Shown: positions 1-13,519, counted from the stretch's first letter. The stretch is DNA of 64,000 nucleotides from Vicugna vicugna (GCA_013265495.1 MU058444.1:2728001-2792000); one strand, 5' to 3'. Made by a program: numbers and translations. Notes: a model not told the origin generated them from the sequence alone.

Positions 1-185
1 GAGTGTCCCTCCTTTGTGCTCGCACAGCGCCCTGCATTCAACCAAACCACAGTGGAGTTATTCCGACTAGTGTTTTTCTCCTCAGCTAAAACGTAAGCTC
101 TTTGAGAGGCAGGGGTTGGTCTTAATTAGCATTTCTGTTTGGTGTAACACAGGGTCAGTGCTCAGCAACAGTTTGTGGAGCTGAC
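1..185 (+). mobile_element. L2 3' end
   Basis: gtaagctctttgagaggcagggg...gtgctcagcaacagtttgtgga. Confidence 0.6.
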
Positions 186-639
186 AGTTACTATAATAAC
201 AATGATGGCTTCCGCTTGTCCACGTGTAGTTTATGCCTTATCTCATTGGCTCCGCACCCCAGGCCTCTGACATAGACAGGATGACAGCGTGCACTGTGCA
301 GACCAGGAAAGAGCCGCTCAGAGAGCCTAAGTTATTGGTCCTGCGTTTTGTTGGCCAGGGTCTGCTGGGGCCATGGCTGGGCCTCGGGCTTTCTGACTGT
401 GCCCCCTCGGGTCTTCTGCTGATAACTGTGCCTTTGCGATGAGTTGTATTATCCGAGGATTTAGATCCTCAAACTCTGAGTATTAGGGTCCAGTTACAGA
501 GCAGGCAAAAAGGGTGAATTTGGAGCCGAGATGTAATCAGTTGATGATCAGTTAGGGAAAAGAGCGAGGGGAAGATACATTTCTTTGCTTTCACATAACA
601 GTTTGAGAAGCTTTAGCCAGTTCTTTCAGTTAATTGTTT

Positions 640-1280
640 TTTTTAATAACTTTTTGTTCGCCCACATGTTGTTTTCGGTACTAGGAGCACAATACTTAAC
701 AGGAGAGAGGAAATTTCTTCTCTTACAGAGCATATATTCTAGTGGGAGGTAGACAGTGACCAAGGAAGTGGACAGTAACGATATGACAGGGCGGAGCCAG
801 CTGAGCAGGTGTCCAGGGAAGTGCATTCAGGGCAGGAGTCACGATGCCGAGGCCCCGGGGAGGGAAGGGCAGCGTTTTGGCGGAATGAGGAAGGTGGGTG
901 CAGCTGGAGGGGAGTGAGCTTGCTGTGGGCGGTACCCGGGGAGACGGCGGCGGCTGCTCGTGGGACTGGGAGTCGACCAGGGTGGGGAGTTTGATGTGTA
1001 GCCTAAAGCGGTGGAAACCCACTGGATGGTTTTGAAAAAGGGATTGATATGACCTGATTAATATTTAATGTAGGTTATTGTGGCTGCTGTTTGAAAACCA
1101 CTTTGGAAGGATGGAAGCGGAAGGCCATCTCCTGGTTTATCACTTTAATCTAGATGGTGGCTTGCAGTAGGGTGGCTATGGTGGTTATGGTCCAGAGAGG
1201 TCCCTGGATTTCAGTTACTTGTTTGAACTGTTGTTCATATGACAGATTGGGTGTGAGAGAAAAACAGGAATCAGGATGGT
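640..1280 (-). mobile_element. Degenerate L2
   Basis: agcatatattctagtggg...atatgacctgattaatatttaa...gagagaaaaacaggaatcaggatg. Confidence 0.6.
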
Positions 1281-1284
1281 AATG

Positions 1285-1435
1285 GTAGTGATGCTTAAAC
1301 TTAGTGAAAACTTAGTATTTGCCAGGTGCTCTTCTAAATGCTCTATGTGAGTTAGCGCATTTACTCTCCATAGTAACCTGGTGAGGTGGGTACCACCGTC
1401 ACTCTCAGAGGTGTATAGTATCTTTGCCCAGGTAG
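1285..1435 (-). mobile_element. MIR
   Basis: tgccaggtgctcttctaaatgct...catttactctccatagtaacctggtgaggtgggtac. Confidence 0.65.
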
Positions 1436-2629
1436 TGATGCCTTTTACTAGGATGTGGAAGACTGTGAGAGATGTCCACAGAAGAAAACCAAGAGTTCTG
1501 CTCTGATCACGTTCAGTGGGAGGTGCTGAACTGTCATCCGAGTGGAGATGGCAGGTATGAAGTTGGGCTTACATCTGGGTTTCTGGGGAGGATGAGTGAA
1601 GCCATGAGACTGGGGTTCACGCAGGAAGTCGTGGGAGGAGGAAGCCCACAGCTGAGCTCGGGTTTCCACACGCCGTACTCTGTGTCACTGGTGGGGCATG
1701 CTTGCTTTGTTTCTGAAAAATGGGATAGTTTCTTAAGTTGTAGCTGAATGTCTTTAAGATAGATTCTTTTTCTTACATGGTGTGACTAATTTCACTTTCT
1801 GTTTGTGAGATTCATTATTAGAAGGTGCTGGTAAAACTTTGAAAAACAGACTTTCAGAAAACATGTATACACTTCTCATTTAGCTGCAGAAGGAAGGACT
1901 TTGAGAAGCTCCCTAGCAAACACTGACAGTGAGGAAGCAGCTCTTTCTTGGAATCTCAGAGCAAAGTAAGGATTTTCTTTTTTTTGAAAAGGATATTCTT
2001 TTCCACCTTTCTAGGATAGTAGTTGAATCTGTGGCTCACCAAGTATTTGTTGCTTTGGAAAAATATTCTTTGTAGGCTCTTGATCAAGTAATTTGTATTT
2101 CTGCAGAGCTTAGAATCCTCTTAAATCTTTTATCCTCTTTTTAAAGGCAGTGTTCAGTTTAGTTCCTTAAGCTGTGGTTAAACATAATTAATTTTCTTGA
2201 ATGGTTACTTACTTCATAACCGTTCTAAGAGTCTTCCTTGTCTTACTTGTGTCTGTCTAGTTGATTTCCTTGGGTTTTGGGATTGATTAGTATGTCTTTT
2301 CTAATATTACGTCCCAGTTATTTAATGTTATTTTAAAGTGATTAGAACAGAACAGCCAGGGCTGCTGCTAATCCTTCACCTCTGCCTTTGCTCTCAAGCA
2401 CCAGCCCATCATTCTCCCCGGTGCTGAGCCTGGGAAGCAAAACGTTACTGTTGAAAGCCATGAAACTAACAGCAAGAAATCACGCATTTTGGGGGAAAAA
2501 TACGCATCCTCTTTTTACTTTGAGACACGCTTGTTGACTAAGGGTGCTACGCTGAACTTGGACGTTGCTTTGTTCGTGAGATACTGGTTTGTTGAGCCCT
2601 TTATGATGTCGTGTTTGCAACTTGTTGTC

Positions 2630-3480
2630 TAGTCAACATTTATCAGGTTTGCTACATCGGGCCTGCGTAGTGCGGGGAATGAGAAGTCTATGGGATGGGT
2701 CCCTCGCCTTCAGGAACCCTCCTGTGTAGTGGGGGGAGCTAAAATGTACGCTAAGGACTCAGTGACTAGGTTGAAAATGGGGAGTGTCCTGAGAGTTGTG
2801 TCACCTAAGCTCAGGGAATTTTGAGAAAGTATAGGGCTGACACTGGCTTTAAATGATTTGACTGTAAGGAGATGAACAGTTTGCAGAGAGCGTTAGAGGT
2901 AAATGGTTCTGTGCTGGAAAGCTTGGGCTGTGTTTGGGGGATGGTTAGCAGTTTGTTTGCTTGGATTCAGTGCCTGTGAAGAGTAGATCAAATTGGAAGT
3001 TTGAGTTTGAGGATGCTAGTGGTTTGCAAACTTTCTGAATGCTCTGCCTTAGTTAAAATCTTACATATCTCTAATATACAGATGTAGACGTTAGAAATGG
3101 GGGGTTTTAAATAAGAATTAGGAAAAATAAGAATAGGTGTTTGATTATTTCTTTCCCCACCTCAGTAGGTCATCTTGTATGATTCACTTTGGAAACCCTT
3201 TTTATACACTTGCTGGTGTTATCACTGGAGATGTGTTCCAGCAATAGGGACGTGAGGCAGAGCTACTGGGAGAGAAAAGGATTTTGGTATTGGGTGTGTT
3301 GACTGGATTAATAGGACATGCTAGTAGATTTGGGTTGGAACTCAGAAGACTGCTTAGGACACAGATTTGGGAGTCACCTACATGGTTGTGAAATTTGAAG
3401 CCAAGCCACTGGATGCAAATTCTAAGGAGTAAGAAGAGTAAAGAGAGATGAGGACCGAGTAACCAGACTAGGTATTTTAA
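2630..3480 (-). mobile_element. Degenerate L2 (patchy)
   Basis: gtccctcgccttcaggaacc...tggaactcagaagac...acagatttgggagtcacc. Confidence 0.5.
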
Positions 3481-6400
3481 GGGTGGGTGTGGGGTCGGGC
3501 AGGTGTAGTGAGTTGAATCCTACAAATGAACAAGTCATTTGAGTCTTGGCATCTTTCTCTATATGCATTTTATTTTAGAAAATGAAGCTTTTAGGACCAT
3601 TCACAGAATAGAATTGAATCAAGTTATTGCTTTAGTGAAATAGTCTAAGTTTTTGATAGAATAGGTTTCATTCACTGAAAAAGTCAGTTTTTTGTAATAT
3701 ATAAATAAAATTGCTTTAAAAATTCCAAATACATTTTGCTATAATTTTTCAGGTGTTCATTTGAATGGGCTAATTCATGTGAAGAGTAATACTTTAAGGT
3801 TTTGATTTTTCTTTTTATTTCTCCCTGTGGTGCTTAGTACAGTTTTGCATTTTGTGTTTATGGGAAATTATCGGTGGCAAGAATTTTAATGATTCACTTA
3901 TTTCAAGTTTCCTTGGCTTTCTAATGGCTAGCAAACGTTAGCAGCACACAGACACGGACTTCTTAGAGCAGGAAAGGATTTCAGAATTGCTGTGGTGACC
4001 ATTTGTGTATCCTGCCCTGTTTCTTGGCAGTTAGAACCCAAACTGGAGGTCTACAGGTATCAGTGCACATGCTGCTTTGTCCTCTTTCTTTTGCAAGCTC
4101 TCAGGAAACCTCACCAGTCAGGCCTCTTCATTGTGCCTGTGAAAGCTGAGCCTCAGAAAGGCCTGATGGCTTAGGGACCCTCAGGCAGCTGTCAGAGGAG
4201 GAGCAGGCCCTTCACGGTGGGTCTCCCCTGACTCAGGTCTGCTGGGTACCTGGTAGGAGCTGCAGGTGCGTCTCTTCTCCAGCGTGGCTGAGAGAATGAA
4301 GTCAAACGGGGCCGCACTTCAGTATCCGGTTTAAGAGGAGCGAGTGATGATGTGTGCGAAGCGCGGCGCGCAGAGCGATTCTGGAACCTCATTGTGAACG
4401 CTGGTCCCAGGGCGGTCGTGGGGAGCGGGGTGCCGCGGTCCTCGCAGGGTTAACGTTGCTGCTCTTTTGACAGTTTTTCTTTGGACTGTGCGAGCTGGGA
4501 GTTTTATATTTTGTCTAGAAACTTATGACGCAGCGTAAACCAGGTTGGAAGTCTGGCTCACATGAGAATAGCAGCTTCATTTTTCATGGTTGAACTCGCT
4601 CTCTGGTTTTTGTGGTCACCTCTGTGTCGTCTGTGCACCCTTCCCCCATTCACAGAAAAATGCCCCCCTTCCCACTCCTTGATAAACACTCCTGTTCCTC
4701 AGATCATGCATTATATTTAAGAATTATAATTGCCCCTTTTGGAGCTTCAGCCCAGATTGGCTAGAAAATACTTAGTATTTTTGCACACTTACTTATAGTG
4801 TTTTTCCCCCGCTGAGCTGCATTGCTTTCATTGACACCTGAGTGCACCGAAACACACGTTTTTTTTTTAATCCCTGTTACTCACTTGTGATGAGAAAATA
4901 TCTGCAGATTCGGTTGCTAGGAAACAGCTGAATACTGAAATAGTATTTTGGGGGGAGGGTACTTGTAAATTCAGTTCTTTGACAGTTCTCCTCTCATAGA
5001 GGAAAAATTTATTCAGTCACTACAAAGAAAGATGCATCACCTGTTAGTTTTCCAATTTAAAAATTTTGCACAGGAAGAACTAGGAATACAAAAAATGTTC
5101 CAGGATTGATTAAGTGTTGAGAGTGTAATTTTTTTAACAATGACTGGACATGGAGAAGTAATGATTATGTGTACATCTTGGAGTTTCAGTTTCCTTAAGT
5201 TTTCTGATTCATCATTAATGAGAAAGAATGAGAACAAGACCCCCCCACCCCTCCCAGAGGAATTTAAACCAAAGTAAAATATTGTATTAATTAATCCAAC
5301 TTTGTCTCATAGAAATAGGATTGGCCAATCCTGTATTAAATAACCTGGGTTTGCTTTTTTCTCATCTGTGACACTTAATAATTGTGTGCCAGAGAAAGAA
5401 TAAATATTAGAAAGAAGTGTTTGGTTCTATGTAATCAGTTGGCTTTCTTGTGTAACTGACTCTCATTTGTTTTTGTCATAATTATATAATGTTTAGAAAA
5501 AGATCTTTATTCAAGGTCAGTACAGTCACTTTTTGTGAGTATTCACTACGTGCCAGGCAAAAACCAGAGGACACAGGCATAGGTAAGCTTTCAGGTGCTC
5601 GGAATGGTTGGGGGGGCAGCAGTGGGGCAGGGATGTAAACCGCCCTCGTCCACGGTGGTGGGTGGAAGAGCAGTGTGTCCTGGGCGCAGAGGCGGCGTAG
5701 GAGGACTGCAGGGAAGGCTTCAGGGAGGGGCCAGCTCCCAGCTGAGTTTCGCTGGGCTCTTTCTTAGGTGCAAACAGTCCTTTGACCTTGTCTTTTTTTG
5801 GGCGGGTTGGGGAGGGAAGTGAGGGAGGGTTGGGGATGGGGAGTAAGACCAGTATTAGTTGTCTTCATTTTTAAGTTCCCTCTTTGTTTCTTCCTTGTCT
5901 GGTGTTTCTCTTCCCAGCCGGCACCATTCAGGCAGGTGAGTCCTGTCCATATGCCAGTTTCTAATTCTGTTTCTCCAAATTTCACTGCTTGTCTGTTTAA
6001 AATTGCACACATACATCTGAGGAACTTGTCGGGGGGTGTGGAATCCATCTTCTGATTTACGTGCATTGAGAATCTTTTATCTCAGAAATGGAAATCTTAT
6101 TAAGGCTTTATGTCTTAATCCAAGTGACAGAGAGAGAACTCTGAACTCAAGTAGGCGGCATATAAACCAGAAACTAAAATTGGAGTGGGGCAGAAAATAT
6201 TGTCTGCAGTGTTTGAGGCGAGTAATGTGTGAGTTCAAAACAAACAAAAACAAATGAAAATTGCCCCAGTCTGGTTGATACTAGAAATAATCAAGGATTG
6301 ATAGAATTGAGAATAACTAAATGCACAGGTTTGGTTTTCCTTAAATGTTTAAAAAGGCTAGTGCCTTTTTGTGTTGGAGTAAATGTTTGAGACTTTTGCT

Positions 6401-7404
6401 GCTTGTATAAATCCCTTTTTATCTTTAATAATTTTATACTTTTGGGGCATGTTTTAAAACATGATATTACGTGAATTTCAGCATTTTCATGCCTACATTT
6501 TAAATTAGAAACCTGCCCTAGAGTTATGAGACTTTAATAATATGGAAAGCACTTACGCTCTGGTTTAAAAATATTTACCATTGTCCTTTGAGCAACTATG
6601 CTTTTGTTCGTATGTCTTTGTTGAGTTGCAAAGCATTTAGGTGAACAGGGGGGTTATAATCTAGCAAATAGAGATGAAGCGGGAAACAGATGGAGAAGGC
6701 AGATTTCTTTCTCACAGATTTGGAAACAGAGTAACAAACAAGATTGGTAACCAGGATATTATTCCATCCAAAATTCCACAGTTATCATATTGACTACAAT
6801 AATGGTTAAAGGCTACAATAATGGAGAGAAGGTGAAATAGTATGCAGTCTTTGAGGAAAAAACAAATGCAGCTTTGGATTTTGTCAGGCTAGCTATAATC
6901 CCAAAGAAAGAGAATAATAATTTGCATCTATAGTCTTTTCTTCCACGCAGCTTTAAAGCTTTGTAAGTGCATTTTCATTGATCCTTCGGACTGCTTTTGA
7001 GCTTTGTTTGGAACATTAAGAAGGAAATCATCTGTAATTCTTGAGGATGCTTAAAAAACACGTACTGAAAGTCATAGAAATGACTGCTTTACCTTGACGG
7101 CTTCAGTGTTTTATGTATTTCTGCTCTCATTTTTTTTAACACTTTGGTTCAGGAATTTATCGTTTGGGAAACGTTTATCAATTGCACTCTGTGGGTTAGC
7201 CCTGAGGCAGTACGAATGCGCGCGCGTACGCACACAGACACACACACAAATACACTTGAAGCTGTTTTCCCCTTCAGTTTCACGTGATGCTGAATCATTC
7301 TTTTAGGTCCAGGGCCTCTGAGCTTTACTTATTTTAGCCGGAGAATTGGCCTGCTGGGTTATGGGAGTGGTGGTAGTGGTTAGAAGCAGGCTTCTCACTT
7401 TTTA

Positions 7405-7585
7405 CCGGGCACTTACTGATGCCAGACGCTGTTAAATTTGTTACACGCGTTGCTGATTTAGTCATGTCAGTAGTGAATAAGGTGGTTAACTAGCTTGGTT
7501 TTTGCAGATCCGGGAACCGAGGCTTTGGGAGGTCGAGCAGCGTACCCAGGATCGCAGTGCTGATTAGTCGCTGAGCCAGAGTCCG
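7405..7585 (-). mobile_element. MIR
   Basis: gcacttactgatgccagacgctgtt...tttgcagatccgggaaccgaggct (MIR core). Confidence 0.65.
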
Positions 7586-8236
7586 TGGCGATCTGTAGTG
7601 ATGTTTTCCTGTTTGTGGGAAGCGGCACAATGATTCCTTTTTCCTTTTTGGATCATTGTTGATTAATGTAAATGTATCAGTCAATACCTTTACTGTAGAG
7701 CAACGGTAGGACTGGGAATTTTACTAGTTGGGAATATTTCAAGCAAGTAGCTTAAGATTATTTAACTAAAGTGGGAGTACTTTTCTTACCCATCCTGAGA
7801 TCGGAGTTTGCTCACCGAACTGCAGTGACTTGACAACGTTGGGGCTTGTCTCTTAATTCCCTTATACCCCCTGAAGTTGATTGCCCCCGCGCTGCAGGGT
7901 TCCTGGCCTCTTAGCTTCAGTTACCATGTCTTCATTAGAAAGATCAGCTACTTCTGCTCCTCACTGGGGGGTAGGGGGTGGGGTGGGGATGGCGGGTGCA
8001 TGCTTTCCCAGAATCGTTATCCCTTATTCCTCCTCCCGAGCAAAATTCTGTCTTTGGCCAGAACTGTGTCTCGTGGATCCTTTGTTTGGGAGCGCAGATA
8101 TTTTATTTCTTTAGCCACTTTTGGTAGGAGCAGGCGAGGATGTGGGCGATGGAGAGTTTGCCACAAGATTGATAACCTTTGTGTCTAGATGGGATGACAT
8201 GTACTTAGATGCACATGGATTGGAAGAGGATGCTTC

Positions 8237-8412
8237 TTTTTTTTTTTAAATTGAGGTATTAAAAATTATGGCATAATTGACATATTGGTCTCAAGAGTAC
8301 AGCAAAGTGATTCAGGATTTGTATATATTGCACAATGAGCGCCACAGTAAGTCCAGTTAACACCCGTCACCGCATACAGCTGTTTATTTAGTTTTTCCTA
8401 GGATGAGGACTT
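8237..8412 (-). mobile_element. L1MA9-like 3' end fragment
   Basis: T-tail then gtacagcaaagtgattcag...cacagtaagtccagttaacacccgtcacc. Confidence 0.7.
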
Positions 8413-8812
8413 CCTTGTTCTCTAGGAAAGAGGGCTTTCTAAGTGTGTGCCTGGCAAGCGTGAGCTGTATTCCACAGGGGATGGTGGACTCGGCGGCAAG
8501 AGTACCGCTGATGACTTGAGGGACCGCACCTCGTGCTCAGCTGCGTGGGCTGGTGGTCTTCAGCAAGTTGAAGGGTAGAGAGGGCTTTGCAGGCAGAGGA
8601 GCTCGGAATTTATTTTCGAGAGAAACTGGATTGAGGGAGAGAAACTGACAAGCATGTGTTGAGTGCATGTGCCCCTTGTCTGTACTGGGGACTCAGTAAT
8701 AAAGTGCTAGCCATTCTTTTTTTTTTTTTTTTAAAGCAGGTGTTTTTGCATTATTTATTTAGCAGGTGTTTTTTAGCAGGTAGAATTATTGCTCGAATAC
8801 TAAATCCCAATT

Positions 8813-8888
8813 GGTTACTCTCTGGAGAGGTGGAGTGAGGGCGGTCACTCTCTGGAGTGATGAAGTGAGGGTGGTCACCCTGTCTGGA
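8813..8888. repeat. Degenerate 30-bp tandem repeat (~2.5 copies)
   Basis: ggttactctctggagaggtggagtgagggc / ggtcactctctggagtgatgaagtgagggt / ggtcaccctgtctgga. Confidence 0.85.
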
Positions 8889-9509
8889 TACTCTTGGGAA
8901 TGGATTGTCTCTGATCCTTCCTGCTTTCTTGTTCCAAGTTTCCATGCGTGGCTGTAGAAGGTAGCAAAGGAAGGCAGAAAAACACCCTCTCTGTTATAAC
9001 TTAGTGTCCTCTGAGTTTACTCACAGAATAAGGGAAGAGTCTGCAGATGGTGGAGGACATTGCAACAAATACCATATCATTGTTGTCATTTGCTCTGTTG
9101 GGCCCGAGTGCATGGCTGGTGACAAGGTGGCCTTTGTCTGTATCAGTTACCCTGTTAGTATATCCTCACTTAAAAAGAATAAGTTTCTTTCTTTACAGTT
9201 CTTTCATGTTAGATTGCTTCATTGGCTAAGGTCTCTTAATTCATTACTGTTTTAGAGCAGGAACTTTGTAGTGTCTTTGTCTTTTGTTTTTTTTTTTTGA
9301 CAAAATATGATATGTTTTATACCAGCTTGATCTTCGGTGTGAAAAGTTCAATAGGTATTCTTAACTGTTCAAACCGTCTTTCCCTGTGTCCTCACCCCCG
9401 CTTTCTGTACCCACCCCATGTCTTACATCCCATAGAGTCATCTTTATCCCTTACAAATTGCCTGAGCTTTCAGCTCCACGTTTTCTATCATTGCTTCTCT
9501 CATCCCTAT

Positions 9510-9590
9510 TTTTTTTCCAATTTTTAAATTGTGGTAAAATACACGTAACATGAAATTTACTGTCTGAACCGTTTTTAAGTGGGGCGTTTA
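9510..9590 (-). mobile_element. L1MB-like 3' tip
   Basis: aattgtggtaaaatacacgtaacatgaaatttac. Confidence 0.6.
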
Positions 9591-10138
9591 TACCTGGTTC
9601 TGAATGTCCTGCGAGCACAACCCCCATGCACTGACCTTGCTGCTGCTTTTTCTATTTCTGGCGCAGAACCCCAGTTGTTGTTTTTAGCTTGATCACAACT
9701 TTTCCTCTTTTATTTTTGCGGCCAAATGTAACTTAAGATTCCTTCAGTCCCAAGTTGTAATTTCTCCATGTACTGTTGCTAAAAGTACATAATGCATGAA
9801 GGATTTTTCAAAAATCTGTGAGTGGTGTTTGTTAACTGGACTAGCCAACAATTTGACATTTATTTTTGCCTTCAGTTAAGTTCTCAACTTTTAAGAATAC
9901 CATATAGTTGAACCCATTGTTCTATTTACAAAGAAAAATGTCTGTGTTACATAGAATATTGTAAGTATCTTTTTAAAAAAATATGGTGTGGAACTTGAGA
10001 TTTCATATTACAGTGCCAGTCGGTTCAGTGGCCCTCTTGCATCATTGTTTATTATGTTGCTAGAATACTTCAGCACGTTTTAAACTCAATTCATAATTCA
10101 GGTTCTTGGACATGAATCCATTGTCCAGTGTATATAGA

Positions 10139-10165
10139 CACACATACACACACACACACACACAC
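10139..10165. repeat. (CA)n microsatellite
   Basis: Direct. Confidence 0.9.
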
Positions 10166-10550
10166 TCCAGTTCTGTTTTTTGAACTTTTTCCCTCATAAC
10201 TGTGCTAGTTTATCACAGTATTATGGTAAGAAAGATGAACACTTTACAGGAAGATGGATAGACAATGACATGTAGTTTAATTTTGGACTTCAGCTTAGAT
10301 GATGTCTGTTGCTATATTAATATGTAGGTCTTCATGAAAGAAACATCCACACATTGATTACATCTTACTTTTGGCAGAGAACTGTTGAAGATTTAGGAGA
10401 AATTTGAACGCCGTAGTTTAAATTGAAATGCCCTTCTTGCTTCACTGTACGCTTTGTTGGTAGAAAACTGTTTCTGTCCTTTATATGCATGGTGGACTAT
10501 TTTCTCTTTCTAGGTCACGTCTGGAAGTTGTTAAAACTCTTATCCCAGTC

Positions 10551-10578
<28 letters not shown>
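10551..10578. repeat. (GT)14 microsatellite
   Basis: Direct. Confidence 0.95.
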
Positions 10579-10582
<4 letters not shown>

Positions 10583-11079
10583 GTGGGAACAGTGTTAGTG
10601 ATCTTCTTTGTTCTTATTAGTCTGTTTGCTGTAACTGTGCTTAGCATTTCCCTTTAAGGCCATCCTTGGCGTCTGAGGCATTGAAGCTGACACTTTGTTA
10701 GCAAATGCCTTACAATGGGGCCTCCTTTTCAGCAGCTGGGCCCCAATTCACTTAAGAATCCCTCACTCCTGGTTTCACAATCCTGTTCTTTGAAGATCAC
10801 ATATATTTCCCCATGACTATCAAACAGAAGCCATCAAACAGAATAGAAACTATCTGAAATAAGAGTGTAGGTTTTTTTAATTGTTAAAGATTTGCAGAAG
10901 CATATTCTTGGAGAATAAGTAGTAAGATCAGAATTACACGTGCCTACATCGTACCTTAGGTTGGTAATACATGCAGGTTATATTTTCAGTGTGTATGAGC
11001 GGTATTTTTTCTTTTTAATGATTGTTTCCCTTTTCTTTTTATGAGATTGGAGCCGTGCTTTTTATAAGTATTATGTTTG

Positions 11080-13172
11080 AATTTTTGAACTGGCTTTGTT
11101 GAGGTATAAATAAGATATGTAAAATTCATCAGTTTTATGCGTACGATTGGATGAGTTTTGACATCTGTGTGTGGCAGTGTAACCATCACCACAATCAAGG
11201 TATGTAATATTTCCATCACTCCCCCAAATTCCTGGTCCCTTAAGCATTTAATCCCCTCCTCTTGCACCTGGCCTTGGGCAAACACTCACCTGCTTTCTAT
11301 CATGAAAATTTTGTTGGTTTAGAATTTCACATAAATTGAATCTTATCAATATGTATTCTTCTGTGTTTGGCTTCTTTGCTATGCACTGTATTTTCAGTAT
11401 TCATCTATATCACTTCATATATTGGTAGTTCATTCCTTTTTTTTAATTATTATGTAGTATTTCACTGTATAAATATACCACAGTTTGTTTATCCCATCCC
11501 CACTGGATGGACATTTGGATTGTTTCTCGTTTTTGGTTGCTATGAATAAAACTACTGTGAACGTTTGGATAAGTATTTATGAGTGGGATTTCTGGGTGTA
11601 TGGTAGGTACGTTTAAGGTGTGTTTAATTTTATGAGAAACTGCCAAACTGTTTATGCAGTGGCTAGAATCTTCTGCATTCCCACCAGTAGTGTATGAGTT
11701 CCAGTTACTCTGCAACCTTGCCAAAAGTTGACATTATCAGGGTTTTGAATTTTCACGATTCTGGTGGGTGTAGGATGACATCTCATTATGCTTTTAATTT
11801 CCCTAAAGACTAATGATGTTGAACATCTACTCAGTGCTTATTTGTGATTCATGTATCTCCATTGATAAAGTATCTGTTTATATCCTTTTCTCCTTGTAAA
11901 GACTGTGTTTGTCTTCTTGTTGGGTTTTACGAGTTCTGTATATATTCTGCAGATAAGTTGTTATGTGTATATATGTATATAATTTTCTCTATATAGAATT
12001 GTCTGTAGACACAGAAAGAATTATGCATGTATACACATATCCATATGTAAGTGTGTGTGTGTGTGTGTGTGTTTGTGGTTTGTGAATATTTTCTCCCGGT
12101 ATACACTTCCTTTTTATTATTTTAAAAATATCTTTTGAAGAGCAAAAGATTTAAGTATTGATGAAATCCATTTTATCAGTTTTTTCTTTCATGGTTTATT
12201 TTCCATCTAAGAAATATTTGCCTATCAACTATACTTCAATTAAAAAAAGAAATACTTGCTTAACCCAAGGACAAAAAAAGAATTTCTCCTGTATTTTAGA
12301 AATGTTATAGCTTTAGCTCTTATTTAGCTCTGTGATTCATTTTGGGTAGATTTTAAGAAAGGGTGTAAGGTAAAGGTGAATGTTCACTTTTTTCCATATG
12401 AATTTTCAGTTGTATCAGCGCCACCATTGGTCTTTTCTAGATTAGATTAGCTACTCTAGTTAGATGGCCTTGGCACCTTGTTAAATCATCTGATCGTGTA
12501 AGCATGGGTGTATTTCTGTGCTTCTGTTCCATTGATGCATATGTCTGTCCTTGTAACACTGTTACCCTGTCTTGATTACTGTAGATTTATCATAAGTTGT
12601 GAAATCAGGTAGTGTTAAGTGTTTCAACTTTGGTCTTTTTCAGAATTGTTTTGGCCCCTCTAGGTCTTTCTATTTCCATATACATTTTAGAATCAGCTTG
12701 TCAGTTTCTACAAAGAAATCTGCCAGAATTTTGATTGAGATTGCACTGAATCTATAGATCAATTTGGAGAGGATTGATATAATGATATTGAGTCTTTTAA
12801 TCCATAAGCATTGTATGTATCCAATTTATGAATGTTTTTAAAATTTCTCTTTGCAGCGTTTTGTAGTTTTCAGTGTAGAGGTTTTTTCACATATTTTAAT
12901 TTATTTCTTAGTATTTTATGTTTTTGATCCTTTATTAAAGAGCATTATAAATTTTTTTCATTGTCAGCTATTTTGTTGCTAGTGTATGGAAGTAGGATTG
13001 ATTTTTTAATATTTGTATCTTGAAATTTTGCTAAAATCTCTTAATTGACCCCTTGGTATGTTCTTTAGGATTTTCTGTATAGATGCCCATGTAGACTATG
13101 AATAAAGACAGTTTTACTTCTTTGCTTCCAATCTCTCTGCTTTTTATTTTTTTCTTGCCTATTACACTGGCA
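11080..13172 (-). mobile_element. Old L1M (L1MC/MD-like) 3' region, ~2.1 kb, degenerate
   Basis: Antisense L1 landmarks (tgtaaccatcaccacaatcaag, cattcccaccagtagtgtatgag, ttttagaatcagcttgtcag, gaatctatagatcaatttggaga) and degenerate ORF2-like peptides. Confidence 0.85.
12052..12072. repeat. (GT)n microsatellite
   Basis: Direct. Confidence 0.9.
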
Positions 13173-13229
13173 ATATATGTATCTAACTGAGACCAAGGTT
13201 TTGCTCAAAATGTCTACCCTGAGTCTTCC

Positions 13230-13410
13230 TGTTTTTAAGACTTTTTTTTAGGTTTACAATGAAATCGACAGGAAGGTGCAGAAATTCCCACGTACCCCTT
13301 CTCCACACACATGCATAGTCATTATTTTTATTTACCAGAGCGGTACTTTTTTGTTTTAAACTAAGGGTGAACGTACACTGACACATCATAACCCCAGAGC
13401 CCACAGTTCA
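13230..13410 (-). mobile_element. Old L1M 3'UTR fragment
   Basis: ttaggtttacaatgaaatcgacaggaaggtgcagaaattcccacgtaccc...tacactgacacatcata. Confidence 0.7.
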
Positions 13411-13519
13411 CCTTAGTCTTGCCTCACCTGTTGAGTAGTCTTTTATATTTGGGCAGGTTTTCCCCATGTAAGTTTAACCCTGCTGACGCAGGAGTCAGTC
13501 TCACCAGTATAGAAGACTG

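Noticed and set aside
1883..1970. AG...GTAAG-bounded segment with an open frame (AEGRTLRSSLANTDSEEAALSWNLRA)
   Set aside because: No recognisable protein similarity and a weak acceptor. Such pseudo-exons are common, so RNA-seq would be needed.
5317..5332. Perfect 16-bp palindrome AGGATTGGCCAATCCT with double CCAAT
   Set aside because: About one such palindrome is expected by chance in 64 kb, and there is no promoter context.
6700..6930. Possible CR1/L3 relics (also ~18570-18800, ~24880-24980, ~35250-35400)
   Set aside because: Similarity too faint to support by eye. Needs a Dfam HMM search.
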